Assembly (NCBI GenBank): GCA_951406725.2
Contig: OX597817.1
Coordinates: forward strand, 121,830,001-121,894,000
Source of the DNA: Octopus vulgaris
Taxonomy: Eukaryota
DNA: 64,000 nt
Reading direction: 5' to 3'
Shown: positions 27,001 through 40,451 of the stretch, one piece after another
Numbering within the stretch: position 1 is the first letter of the stretch
How the letters are laid out: each line of letters starts with the position of its first letter
Notes under the pieces: generated by a model
What the model was told of the DNA's origin: nothing
Seen by the model: the letters and a program-made list of their open reading frames with translations, nothing else
Database searches by the model: none
Program-made: the position numbers and the translations under genes

Positions 27001-28320
27001 AAGTGACAGATATTTGTAGGATTCCCATTTAATAGAAGATATTGAGAAACTTTGTCAATCGTTTCAACAATGCGGAAGAAATCTACATATATAAGATCGT
27101 AAAGTCGATAAAATTGGATTTATACATTCATGTCTCTGCATTTTGTCGTCAAAACTATGAGTCTTCTTTCAATACATGCACGCACAAACAGCCCAGTTTA
27201 ACATAGTATACATCAATACACCTTTCATTTTTACCAGTTTCATCTTCCGCTCCCTTTCACACCCTGGCCATTGCTCTATCGGTAACACACACTCACACGT
27301 TTATGAAAGAATGGGGGAGTGAGTTTATAGATAGATATATAGTATTATATGCCTGTGTGTGTTTATCTGTATTTATGTGCGCGTGTATCTAGTAGAATTA
27401 CTTTTAGAGATATGATGATCTGAGAGGTAGGTACCGGAAATTAACATCCTTATAAACGTGCGTTACTTGACAACCCGTCTTGGCAACATTATGCAGCTAA
27501 ATTATAACACTGATATTTCGAGGAATTGCGTGTTATTTTTTCTATCAGAATTGATAATTAGACACTATTGTAAGATGATGTCGTTCATACCTCTTCATTA
27601 ATATCACTAACAACTAATTTCCCTTCTGTTTTTCCTTTGATATGAGGTGGCCCTGCAAGTCAGAGACATTATAATGAAAATAATAGTCACGAATGAAATT
27701 CTCGCTCCTTCATATCTGTCTTTCATAATGCACACGCACATCCAATATTGCAGTTCATGTATGCAAGAATGAGCATTGCCGTACACACATACACACACAC
27801 ATCAAACGCACATACAGACATACGTTCACACACGCACACACGTATATTCATAATCACATACACACATGCTCACACACATACACATACGTATTTTTCCAAA
27901 TGATTAACAGGTTATACTGACCAGCACCTTTGAATAGTCTTGCCTAATATCTTATAAATTAGATTAGATTAATAAATACATAACAACCGTAAATTATTCT
28001 GTTTACAATTCAATCACAAATAATCTAAATCATATAATACCAATGAATTTGTGAAGTATGAATAATGAGAATTTTGAATCATCCGAAATGATAGAAAATT
28101 TTTTTAGATTTACACAATTTAGCATTTAAACTTATTTTATTAACTTATGAAAAAGTAATGTATCTTCTAATTCGTCAAATGATATAACAAGACATGTGTA
28201 TTATCAGATCAATTTGCGTCCGCGTGTCATTTGAAGTATGGATTAATGGGGTACCGTTAGTGTTTGAAAGTGAAACAAGGTGTGATGTGTATTAACCAAA
28301 TTAAATACTATTATGTTATT

Positions 28321-28727
28321 TTCTTCTTTCAGTCACTGGAGTGCAGTCATGCTCCGACATATCATTGAAGGATTTTAATCGATCAAATCGATCCCACTTT
28401 TTGAATATGGTAAGTATTCTAAGCGCCTTTTGCCGAACCGCTAAGTTACGGAGGCATAATGAATCCAACAACGGTTGTCAAGCGGTGATTAGGGAAGACA
28501 AACATACACACACATATATGCACACACATATGAGTATATATTTATATATATGCGACTGGCCTCCACGCAGATTCCGTCTAGCAAATTCACTTATATGAAA
28601 ATATTCAGTCTTGGGCTATAGTAAAAGATATTTATCCATTGTGCCGCAGGCTGAGACTGATCCTGCAACCATGTGGTTGCACAGTGAGTATAGGATTATA
28701 GTGTAGCAATACAGCCATACCTGCACC
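28321..28727 (-). mobile_element. tRNA-CORE SINE, family C
   Basis: TTTGCCGAACCGCTAAGTTACGG..ACAACGGTTGTCAAGCGGTG..CAACCATGTGGTTGC..ACAGCCATACCTGCACC. Confidence 0.8.
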
Positions 28728-28884
28728 TATATATTGTATAAGTTTTAATGACTGAAGCCGTTTTCTTTACAACTGGACATTAATGTTACTATTATATGCT
28801 ACGAAATTTGGGGGGAAACAAACATGCTCCTTGAACGTATAAAAGCCTGTACCGGTACAGACAAATGAGGGAGCCTATACGTTG

Positions 28885-29050
28885 ATGTAGCTGATTATTC
28901 CTTAAATGACACTCATCGTCTAAAAGTTGGAAAGTATACATTGGATAAATTCGTTCTTGGTACTGTCTAAAATGTTAGTATTACCACGGTTGGAAGGCTA
29001 CTGATCCTAGGTCCACTCAATTAGGGCTGGCAATTCGCTAAGCAAAACAG
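28885..29050 (+). repeat. old interspersed repeat; related diverged pieces at ~985-1105, ~29620-29790 and ~49130-49215
   Basis: Shared motifs ACATTGGATAA / ACATTAGATAATGTGGTC and a tail GATTAAGGG..GGCTAA..AACAACAAAA. The pieces are highly diverged. Confidence 0.4.
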
Positions 29051-29265
29051 AATTACTGTGCTTTTGTTTAACTCAAACAAAGTCTCATCGACAGAAACCA
29101 TTGATCAGGAAAGAGGACGTAAATGTTAGCTGTTTTCATCTTTGTGTGTATGCATATTTGAATGGCAATATATTACAAGGTATTCTAGAACATCATGTAC
29201 AACATGAATTTATCAAAACACCTCTACATGGGCCGGCCGACCTGATAGCAACAATACCTCCTGCC

Positions 29266-29621
29266 TTTTATCTTTCGTTTGTTTCAGCCATGTGATTGCA
29301 AAGGGTTTTAGTTGAAGAAATCGACTCCAGGACTTATTTTCTAAAGCCTAGTACTTATTCTGTTAGTCGCTTTACGGGGACGTAAACTCACTAACACTGG
29401 TTGTCAAGTGAGGATGGCGGACAAACACAGATACAAACACATACACACGCACACAGATACATATACGGCAGGTTTATTTCAGTTGCTGCCTACTAAATCC
29501 ACTCACAAGGCTTTAATTTGCACGAGGCTAAAGAAGACACATGCCCAAGGTGGCACACAGTGAGACTGAATCTAGCACTGTGTGGTTAGGATGCAAGCTT
29601 TTTACCACATAGCTCCGCCTG
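29266..29621 (-). mobile_element. tRNA-CORE SINE, family C
   Basis: AATCGACTCCAGGACTTATT..TTACGGGGACGTAAAC..AAATCCACTCACAAGGCTT..GAAGACACATGCCCAAGGTGGCAC. Confidence 0.85.
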
Positions 29622-30069
29622 TTAAATATTTCTGAAAATACATCCCCTAGTTTTAGTAAAGAAAGACATTAGATAATGTGGTCATTGGATATACTTTGTC
29701 ACAATAAAAAGACAAGGTAGTTGAAGCTGAAACACATTTGGTTGCAGACATGTGTCCGAGATCTTGACAGGAACAATTTTTTTAACAAGTAATGTATTAA
29801 TTTCAAACCAGCGTGAGACTTTCTATGGGATTACTCACCCTTGATGGAATAACATCTATATCTCCTTCGATGTTATACGTTTCCGACTTTAACACTGAGC
29901 AACCCATTATTTATCAAGGGCCGACCTAACGCTAAACCACGATAGCAACAACTGTGAACATTCATCGTATCTAACATAAATATTTGCCACTAACATATAT
30001 CTAATCCGCGACAGCATTTCATTCTTCAAAATAGTACTATACGTAGTAAAACTAATGCATTAACATATA

Positions 30070-30426
30070 TTTTATCATTTACTTGTTTCAGTCATTATAC
30101 TGCAGCCATATTGGGACACCACCTTGAATCGACCCCAACACATTTATTTTAAAGCCTGTTACTTAATATACCGTCTCTTTTGCCGAACCACAAAGTTACA
30201 GGAATGAAAACAAACCAACACAGGTTGTCAAACGGTAGAGGGAGACAAACACAGAAAAAACAACACTTACTCATATACATATGTATATATGACAGGCATG
30301 TAGCAGATGTTTCTACGAAATCCACTGATTAGGGTATGGCTGGCCAAGGTGCCATGTAGCATGACTGAAACTGTTATTATACGGTTGAGAAGCAAAGTTC
30401 ACACTACACACAGGTACGCCTACGCG
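30070..30426 (-). mobile_element. tRNA-CORE SINE, family C
   Basis: TTACTTGTTTCAGTCATT..GTCTCTTTTGCCGAACC..GGTTGTCAA..CCAAGGTGCCA. Confidence 0.75.
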
Positions 30427-30804
30427 TGTTAATAATTAGAACTCAGCGTAATGTAAACTATATTTTCTAAGCAGTTTTTGTTGTTCTCTACATTCAATGT
30501 GAATAATTTGTCCATATATTCAAAGATTATGATGCTGCATTACTCTATCAATAAGCAATGTTAAAAGATGAATCACAGTTCTAGGGTTTGTGGACAGCAT
30601 TTCTTATTTCGGAAAGAAAATAAATGATTTTTAACTAAACATCTACTAATTCCTTTTATATTCATAGTACCACATTCTTTCGATTTACAGCACGAAACGC
30701 CTTCATAACAAATACATTCTTCTCTTTCTTTATAAGAGACGTTGTCTCTTATTATAAACAACACAGCATACACAAACACAGACACACGCACATAGTGGAG
30801 CAAA

Positions 30805-30807
<3 letters not shown>

Positions 30808-30884
<77 letters not shown>
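30808..30884. repeat. (TA)n(CA)n microsatellite
   Basis: Read directly from the sequence. Confidence 0.95.
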
Positions 30885-30887
<3 letters not shown>

Positions 30888-31668
30888 ATGTATATATTTT
30901 TATGTGTATGTGCCTTATAATCAATGATTGTGAGCGTGCATGTGAATTAGTTTCATTTGTATATATAAAATAGCATACACATAAATAGAACAGGATTCAA
31001 AAATAGATTGCGTTAATCATTTTAGCTTTTTGATTAATCATGCAATTAATAATATTTAGAATTTAACAATAGAGTAGAATACATTTAATTGCCCGAGAAC
31101 TGTCATTCCATTCTCAAATACATAATTATGTCTTGAAATCACTACGCAAAAATTTGATTATGTTTAATGATATTCACTGTTAAATTTTTTTCTATTATCG
31201 ATTACTTAAATTTGTAAGCCAACAGCAGTTTATACTGAAGCTACAAATTATAATCTCGCTAAACAACTCAGGTCTTTAGAAGTGCGATTATACACATCTT
31301 CTTAATTGCGTATTGTATTAAATCTATATGTCATTGTTTGACCATAACTATTCGTAGTTAATCAAATTACTGGAACAATTCAACGAAATGCTCTGTCATA
31401 TACAATTAAGTCCCTTTAAATTATTAATACAGAAAAAAGAACAAAAAATATATGGAATGTGGCACAGATGTTTATCTCTGTGAGAGATATAAAATAAATA
31501 TATATATATATAGCAGTCAAGCAATATATGATCATAAACGCTATTATATCGTTGCTAAGAAATCAATAAAAACCGTATTTATAACTATCTATAAATCCGT
31601 CTGTGCCACCTAGCATCCGTCCATCCATCTCTCTTCCTCTCTCTGTGTGTAGACATACATAGGACTCC

Positions 31669-31680
31669 ATATATATATAC

Positions 31681-31728
<48 letters not shown>

Positions 31729-31737
31729 ACTCACACA

Positions 31738-31773
<36 letters not shown>

Positions 31774-32251
31774 TATATATATCTATATATATAAATATAT
31801 ATATATATATCCCCCTAGAAATATTAATAGCAAGGTTATTGTATCTGAAGTCAATTACAACAGAATCAAGTTTATGTCAAGTAACTCTAAATTTAAAAAT
31901 TCTATATACCAGTGTAAACTTACTACTGTTAATGAAATATTTTTATATAGATAGTTCATCTTATCAGTTATGCAAGAGAATTTCTAATAATTACTCTACT
32001 TTTAGGGATAGAAATAAACGTAACAGTTCATGGCTTAGTAAATTAATTTCGTATCTGACATTTTTTAAAAAGAAATTTAATAGTCACCATATTCTGTTAA
32101 AATGTCTTATTGACGACTTTCATTTCTTCATTTCCCTGAAAAGAAGATTACATTGTTTTACACCATTTCATTTCTTTGGAATAATACCAGTGATATCTTC
32201 GAAACATGTGTCGGACGTAAAAGAATGCGAATAACACCTGCGTTTAACTCC

Positions 32252-32346
<95 letters not shown>

Positions 32347-32368
32347 GTTTGTGTGTGTATACGTGTAT

Positions 32369-32404
<36 letters not shown>

Positions 32405-33354
32405 CATATGTATACAGGCATATATATATGTAAATATTCATACATGCATGCATATATATCGGAAAGAATATAATTCTAATGGCATGGATTTAGATAAATC
32501 GAATTATAAAGCCAATGACGTATGAAATAAATTAGTATAAGACATTAACTTTTCCGCTAATTATCTCTAACTTTAAGGGAGGTTTCAAATAATTGAAAAT
32601 TTGTTGCGTACCACACGCAATAACTGACCACTTACTTAATACATGATAGCGCGCGCGCACAAACACGCGCACATCTACACACATTTCTTTACAAATATAT
32701 ATAAGTGTGTGTGCGTGTAGTGTTGTGTGTATGCACATACCCAAACACATATATGTAACATTTATGCTTATAATAGTATGAATGTATACCTTTATCAATA
32801 TTCATACAATTACACACACACACACATACGTGTACATACATATGCATTTTTAATCATGTGTTTCATTATATATTGATAAGCATGTGCACATGTACTGTTG
32901 TGTATATTCGTGTAAATCTGTATACGAGTATTTGTATTTGTGTGTGTGCAAAGCCTCATACAGGATACGTTACTCTATTTGATCTTCAGTATATATCGTC
33001 ATGTTTTTAATACATTATTTTTAAAATGCAAACAGCACATATTCATATTCTAATATATATATATGCATAAATATATGTAATCGCATATCCATACAAACAC
33101 ATACTGGCTATATCTATCCATGTTTCTAGGCATTGATTTTTCTTTGAGTTTAATTCATGTTTTTCTTGTGAGTTTTTTTTTAGTTATGAGAGATCCCGAT
33201 GTTTGTAAATTTGTGACTTAGCCTGTGTGTTTGTTGAACTCCCGATGCATACACCTAACTGGCAAAATGACATTCACACAAGAATCTCAGATGGTGAATT
33301 TTTCGAATGCCTTGCAAATCTACACATAGACACACGCACATATACATACACACA

Positions 33355-33435
<81 letters not shown>

Positions 33436-33671
33436 GTGCATGTGCAGATGCGTGTGTAGTCAGACTCATGTTAATTGATTATAAATCTTGAATCTTTGAC
33501 TTTCTGGAGTCTGCCACATACGTACATATAGCACACATAGATACATTCAACACACACACACACACACGCATAAATATTTTCATGTAAGTGTGTGTGTGTG
33601 TAATATAATATAGTTTATAATACAGTACATATATACATACACACACTCACACACAAGCACATATATATATG

Positions 33672-33711
<40 letters not shown>

Positions 33712-34163
33712 CATATATATTGGTTTGTATGTAAATATGTTTGAATATAAATGTACATATGCCAATGAAATACAGGCAGTTCTGTAGTTTCTCCACACAC
33801 AAAATACAACACAGTATGTGTAATTTAGTTGAGAGTCGTCTCGCAGACAATTATTTGTTCCTGTGATGAAGTTCTGCATAGTTGAAACCATGGACTACCG
33901 ACGCCGGAGTTTAATATATATGTACACACGTACATATATGCTTAGGATATTTTAGGTAACAAAACTCTTCATACGCATTTAAGAACTATTATTTCGTTCG
34001 GTTACCACATTATATGATAACTCAAGGTATCTACGTTTATGGGTATATATGTGGAATTACTTTTAGCTTACTTTTCTATTATTATGATTATTATTATTAT
34101 CATCATCATCTATCTATCTATCTAGACATACATACTCACATACATACATACATACCCATATAC

Positions 34164-34194
<31 letters not shown>

Positions 34195-34210
34195 GGGTGT
34201 GTATGTAGGT
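31669..34210. repeat. microsatellite-rich low-complexity zone with multiple (TA)n, (CA)n and (TG)n tracts
   Basis: Tracts at ~31669-31810, 32251-32402, 33340-33434, 33590-33720 and 34075-34195. Confidence 0.85.
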
Positions 34211-34926
34211 ATATGTAGCTGTATCTTCTTGTGTGGTTGTTATTTTGTGTATGTTGAGGAATACTTACATTTCTTATAACTAAACATATTTTTATCCGTT
34301 TCTATAGATATACTTACGACACATATATGTATATTCACGTGCATATACACCTTAAGCAACAACATTCCTTCTTGAACTAACCCGATTAAATAATGTAAAA
34401 TAAATGAAATATTAATGACATTAAAATTTCATAATTGTTTAATTATTTGAGAAGATTGCTTGTAATTGAATATTCTACTCCAAGGAATTTGAAGTACCTT
34501 CGTAACGATGTTAGCATTATATTTTCCTAAATATTTTCTATTTTTGATAATATGTATAATTAATTGCAAATAAATCATGTCCTTCTGCTTTATCCACTTA
34601 AATTAATTTCTCGTTGCTCCTTAACTAAAAAGTTTCTCATTAGTTTCATTAATTTTTAAGGCAATGAACTGAAGAATTCGCAAGTGATGGACAAAACGCG
34701 TTATAAAATTTAAATGAGTTGCTTTGCATTGCGTTTAGATTTAACAGAAATAGAATATCCTTTTTATCGTTCACTTATTCGTAACAAATACTAGTTATGT
34801 GTTAGGGATAGACTTAATCTACTGCTGCCTCTCAGAAAATATTTTTTGACTAAGATAAAAGTCCTCCTCCACCTCCTCCTTCTCAATCCATGATCATCAC
34901 CATCATCAGTATGTATTAGAAAATAT

Positions 34927-35314
34927 GGTGGAAGCACTCCGTCGGTTACGACGACGAGGGTTCCGGTTGATCCGAATCAACGGAACAGCCTGCTCGTGAA
35001 ATTAACGTGTAAGTGGCTGAGCACTCCACAGACACGTGTACCATTAACGTAGTTCTCGGGGATATTCAGTGTGACACAGAGAGTTACAAGGCCGGCCCTT
35101 TGAAATACAGGTACAACAGAAACAGGAAGTAAGAGTGAGAGAAAGTTGTGGTGAAAGAGTACAGCAGGGATCACCACCATCCCCTGCCGGAGCCTCGTGG
35201 AGCTTTAGCTGTTTTCGCTCAATAAACACTCACAACGCCCGGTCTGGGAATCGAAACCGCGATCCTATGACCGCGAGTCCGCTGCCCTAACCACTGGGCC
35301 ATTGCGCCTCCACC
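34927..35314 (-). mobile_element. young full-length tRNA-derived SINE, family B (388 bp), with perfect 13-bp TSD
   Basis: Minus strand begins GGTGGAGGCGCAATGGCCCAGTGGTTAGGGCAGCGGACTCGCGGTC..GGTTTCGATTCCC (A and B boxes intact) and is CpG-rich. TSD TATTAGAAAATAT at 34914-34926 and 35315-35327. Confidence 0.92.
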
Positions 35315-35340
35315 TATTAGAAAATATATATAACCGACAC

Positions 35341-35648
35341 AAGCAGCAATAATACCGGGAGGTGATATTTATTCCCACTTAAGCGTGGATGTTCTGTTTG
35401 AACAACACTTACTACGATAAATATCCTGAAGGGAACTCAAACGGTGATGAACGCACGACTGCTAAAGATAACAGCGATTCATCCCACACCGCCACTAGCG
35501 ATATATAAAGAATCAGTGCCTGAACAAGCACTGGTGTCGCGATTAGCCAGTGAGCCTGTTAAAAAATTTTATATTAGAGACAGAAGCAGTATTAACATTT
35601 AGCAATAATATTTATCCCCACTTAAACGTGGATGTTCTGTCAGAACAA
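35341..35648 (+). repeat. diverged direct repeat with 243-bp offset
   Basis: 35365-35405 ATATTTATTCCCACTTAAGCGTGGATGTTCTGTTTGAACAA versus 35608-35648 ATATTTATCCCCACTTAAACGTGGATGTTCTGTCAGAACAA. Confidence 0.75.
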
Positions 35649-35808
35649 ATCTAACTGCAGTGGATATAACTAGAGAAACTTTCATATAAGCTTTTGGTGC
35701 AAAGTGTACGTTTATTTATATCACTAGCGGGGAGATATTGCTAAAAACAAACCTAACTTTTATCGAACTAGAACATGATATGTCATGGTAAGCAACTTGT
35801 ATTTCTCT

Positions 35809-36139
35809 GTTCTGTATTTAAGAGATGAGGAATTATGTACATTATGTACATTTCGGTTGATATACTCTCCAGCCTTTATCATATGCCCACGGGCATATGG
35901 CGTAGTGGTTAAAAGCGCGGTCTACTAACCCCAAGATTCCGAGTTCAATTCCAAGCAGTGACCTGAACAACAACAACAATAATAATAATAATATCGAAAA
36001 ATACCTTAGGAATGAGAACCCAGGTTCGAAATTTCCCTAAGGCTCCTGATGAAGGCTAGTGGGCATATCAGCCGAAAAGTTGTGTTAACAACAAACAAGA
36101 TAAGGAGAAATATCCGTCGAATGTAAATAATGTAAATAA
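35809..36139 (+). mobile_element. tRNA-headed, hammerhead-containing retroposon (family H): main + copy 35891-36139 plus an internally deleted inverted copy 35809-35888
   Basis: A box TGGCGTAGTGG (35898-35908), B box GAGTTCAATTCC (35941-35952), (AAC)n(AAT)n linker, and CTGATGA...GAAA core. Central palindrome CATATGCCC-AC-GGGCATATG. Probable TSD TTGTA(T/C)TTCTCT at 35797-35808 and 36140-36151. Confidence 0.8.
36041..36086 (+). ncRNA. minimal type I hammerhead ribozyme motif (Penelope-type)
   Basis: GGCTC-CTGATGA-A-GGCT(agtgggcatatc)AGCC-GAAA-AGTT-GTGTT. Consensus of four copies: GACAC CTGA(T/A)GA A GGCTG GAGGGTATAT CAGCC GAAA CGTT GTGTT. Confidence 0.7.
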
Positions 36140-36239
36140 TTGTACTTCTCTTTATCTCAACGTCACTGGTGGAAGACCGAATAGCTTCAGTCTGCATATC
36201 AATGTTTTGGTTTTCTATTGGTATGTCTCATAAGAAGCC

Positions 36240-36297
36240 CATAGAGATAGAATTATAATTTGTAAGCGCATAGAGATAGAGTTATAAACTGTACGCG
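36240..36297. repeat. 29-bp tandem duplication
   Basis: CATAGAGATAGAATTATAATTTGTAAGCG / CATAGAGATAGAGTTATAAACTGTACGCG. Confidence 0.8.
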
Positions 36298-39200
36298 CTT
36301 ATTAAAGGTATGAAATAAATAGGTTATGATAAGAATGACAAAATCTTGAAAGGTTATATGAAAATGTATTGTAACATCTTACCATTAGAGAATCAGAATG
36401 CGGAAAGCTTTGAATTATGAAATCCTGCCTTCTTTGTTCGGCCTTAAGATAGATCATAAAACCCATAACAACCACATTGCTGAATTATTTATTCGTCTTT
36501 TCCGTGCTGCTAACAATGCTAGAAGTAACCGAATGTCGTAACTGCAATGACAAATCTTTCACCTAATAATAGAAATATTAGTAAATGTATGCCTTAGTCC
36601 CGAAGACTTCCTCAGCCGGACTGGTTATTATAATCGTAAATAAGACCTCATCATTTACCTTATAGGCAATATGGACACCATATCACTACATCCATCTGTT
36701 GATGTATGTCTTGCCGTTGAGCAGTGTGTGAGGGGGTAAAATTTATTCCGTTATATCGATGTTGAGAGATTATATAGTTCATACTTTACTTAAAGCCATT
36801 AGCTCATAAACTGAAAAGAAATAGATTTAAGGAGTAGTTATGCGCAGTTAACTCTCTAGACAGCAAATAGCTTATTTTTAATGTTATACAATTGCATATT
36901 TTTTAAAGTTATGCTATTTCGTGAATTACAGAAATACTATTTCAGGTTTTTTTTTACTGTAGTTCTTTTAGGACCAGCGATATTTTTCCTGTAAATTTAT
37001 AAGAATAAGATCACAATGTATCATAAATTTGGAGGTAATATTGTTATTCTTTTAGCTAAGGAGATTGAGAGCTAAAGGCGTGCTAGGCTAAATTATTTAC
37101 TTTATTTAGTGTATGTCCTTTGTACCCATGGTTCAAATCTTATGGGGAACATATTTTCATAGGGTTTACTAATCAAGTGTCAGGCTTCCAAGGAGTATTT
37201 TTTCTATTTTGTGATACAGTATTGTATCTAATATATCTTTCAATAAAAAAAAGAATCTACTGCGATGTAATTTGAGAAGCGTAAATTTCAATGGTTTGAT
37301 ATGAAAACGAGAGAAGGTCAGTGCAATAAACTGAGGAACTCATCTAAAAGGCAGTTCGTGACATAGCATTACAGTTGTGCTGTTTATAGCCAAGTGACTT
37401 TGCTCAAAATGTCTCCGGACCATTCAGTAGTAAATAATCTATGGTAGATTTTGAACAACAATCATTGAGTTTTCATTCTTTCAAGTGGAACATTTGTCTG
37501 TTCCTTGTAAGAAGAAAAATCGGTTTCTCTAAATTATCTAGTTGACAATTAAAAATTCATTGATGCTCCTTTCAATGGCTTACATGCTCATAATCATCGA
37601 TAAAGCTACAAAAATATCATTTCATAGATAATTACGAGCCTGTAACCCATTCATAAAGCACAGTTTTATAGCAATGGATTCGATTTCAATAACGTTATGT
37701 ACTTCATATATGCAGTAAACTTTAATGCATTTTAAACTCATGCTCGTATAAATAGCGAGTTGCTTTTTTTCTTTTGTCTCTTTTTAGATATCTATCTTTG
37801 TATTTAATTTTTTGTAATGCTTTAACATCATAATCATGTTACGTGAAATTATCGATCTTTAGAAATGTTATAACATTGAAGGAACAATGATAATTTTCTT
37901 CTTTAATACTGCATTTCAATCGTTTATATTGTATAAAATATTTTCGTATCTCTACTGCTTTCCCACATCGTTTTATCACATTGAAGACAATAGTGATTGA
38001 AAGTTAAGCACCATCAGATGACAGACGTCCAAAAGTACTCGCATCATGATGATCAGATCTGTACTTCTCCGTCAGTAAATCAAATTCTTATTTTAAAGAA
38101 ATATGTTGATCGTGTATCTTTTGCTGCTATTCCATACACACCAAATGACGATATCTAGACACTCATTGATATCCTCGTATGATTAAGGCGTAAACGAAAT
38201 CCGGCTTGTAGACAATCAAAATAACTATATGGAAAGAATATGTAGTGTGGATAAATTTACACATTCACTTTTTCTGATAACCCAATACTCGAAAACGTTT
38301 AATGACATGGTGAAGATTTTTATAACATATTAACCAGGACAAGTCAATCTATAAAAAAATTGAGTTATGGAAGAAATCTACTATTTTCTCAGTTTTCCGT
38401 TTACTAGAAATGAAACAGAGGCTACTTCCGACACGCTCATCAGACAGGATAATTGAATTTTAAATTTGTTACAACTTTTTGCACTCATCTCAGTTGATAC
38501 CAGTTTATTCTTGATAGCGTAACGTGAAAAACCAAAGTCAGCTTCGTTTACACATAATCTCACAACAGGAACAAGATGCATTGTCAAATCCTTGCCTTCT
38601 TAATGTTAATATATATCAATTAAAGTAAAAGAGACAAAAATTGTAAGAATTGTCAGGCATAAATAATTTAAGGCTGTATTATAGCCATTGCCTACACACA
38701 CTTGCAGATATATGTATTACACATTATATATATGTCTGTGTATGTATATAGACACACGCAAACACATACATATTTGTTTGTATATGAATATGTATATGCA
38801 CGGTACATTTAAATGTACAATATATAGATGCCTGGTTTTGAAGCTGATATATAAATAAGAAATATACTTAGACAAAAGTAGGTACGTGAAATAATACAAT
38901 ATTTCTTGAGTGCCACAAGTCTATTTATATATGTAACGAGTTGCTAAATTACTCTGGTGTTGAGAGAGAAATATAGATAGATAGATAGAGAGAGAGAGGG
39001 AGAGACAGAGACAGAGAGAGGAGAGAAGAAACGATGATTATTCGAGGCAGAATATTCCAGCTGCCATTCGTCCATTTGATTTTTCAGTCAGATCAGGAAT
39101 CCTGATCAATGTCACATCCGGCAGTATAATTTCATAACGCAACGTAGCTGTTATGCATGCATTAGTTTTTATAGTGTAGTTTTGATACGTTTCAATGTAT

Positions 39201-40451
39201 CAAATCCGTCGAATATTTATTAAATAACTTCTTTCTTTGCTTTGGCATTTTCTGTTTTCAACTATTATCCACAACGAAATTTGATTATTATCTTATACTG
39301 AGGCACTGAAATATTTTAACGAACAGTAATCATATTCGATGGCCACTTTCACCTAAATTTATACAAAGCATTCGTATCGGATTTGTTATCGTAATAGCTA
39401 GAATTAAGTCACACGGCAAGCTCAGTAAGTTACTACTGTGTGGAAAATCTCATAAAAACCATAATTAGCTTATTAACAGCAGCAATAACCAATCTAAATT
39501 TTATTGCTCTAAATGAAATATGCAAGAAATAGCAAATATTTTCTTTCTTTCCACTTCCTCAAGTTGGTGAGGCGATATATTCGCACACACACGCACACAC
39601 ACACACACATACACACGGACGCACACACACACATACACATGCACGCACACACACACATAAATGCACATAATAATGAGAGAAAAATATTATATAAGTGTAT
39701 GTATAAGCATATATAGCAATTTGTCTTGCGAAACTTTATTAAGTACCATTAGGAAATACATCACAATTCGTAAACTAACCGCAGTTACGTCATACACCTC
39801 TTTGAATGAACAAACGAAGACACTTCTACAAGACAAATATTAAGACTTCACACGAATGAACAAGTTTATCGACATATTTATCACATCTAAAATAGGAACA
39901 GTACTTTATATTATTAAGTGTTTAGGCCATTTTCCAGGGCAATATTTAAACGTATTGATTCTTACAACTGGGGAGATACAAAGTAATGTTAATTCTCACA
40001 ATTTCTAAGTTCCTAATTCAGAATAGAAATAGATTAAACACTATTAAAACTATAATAAAATATTGAATATCTTCCCTGGTCACAAAAAAGGGTTTGTTTT
40101 GTAAGAGAAGAGAAAAGGTATGATATTCGTAAAGTACATGAAGAGAATTGTCTACAACTAAGAACTGATATTGCATTCATCAAATATGTAAATATTCCTA
40201 CAATTTAAAACAACTTTTCATGAAAGCGATTTATAATTAGATGCTAGAAATTGCTTTCTTCCTTCTAGAATAGATGAAATAAGTAACGATCAAATACTTG
40301 TGATGATTAAATCAATTCTTTCCTCATAAATATAGTGGGCTTCTGCTTATGCTTGACAGAAAGAATTATATGATAGATAAACAAGAGTAATAAAAATTAA
40401 TTAGTAAATACATCAGTAGTTAACTAGCTGTCAAAAATTACAACAAATTAT

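Noticed and set aside
35891-35965. tRNA-like sequence as a real tRNA gene (also the heads at 35240-35314 and 50360-50429)
   Set aside because: The acceptor stem does not close, and each is the head of a repeated, TSD-flanked element.
38381-38587. Minus-strand ADFGFSRY resembling a kinase DFG motif
   Set aside because: No HRD/K-I context upstream, no T.CG(S/T)..Y/APE downstream and no convincing splice acceptor. Probably chance.
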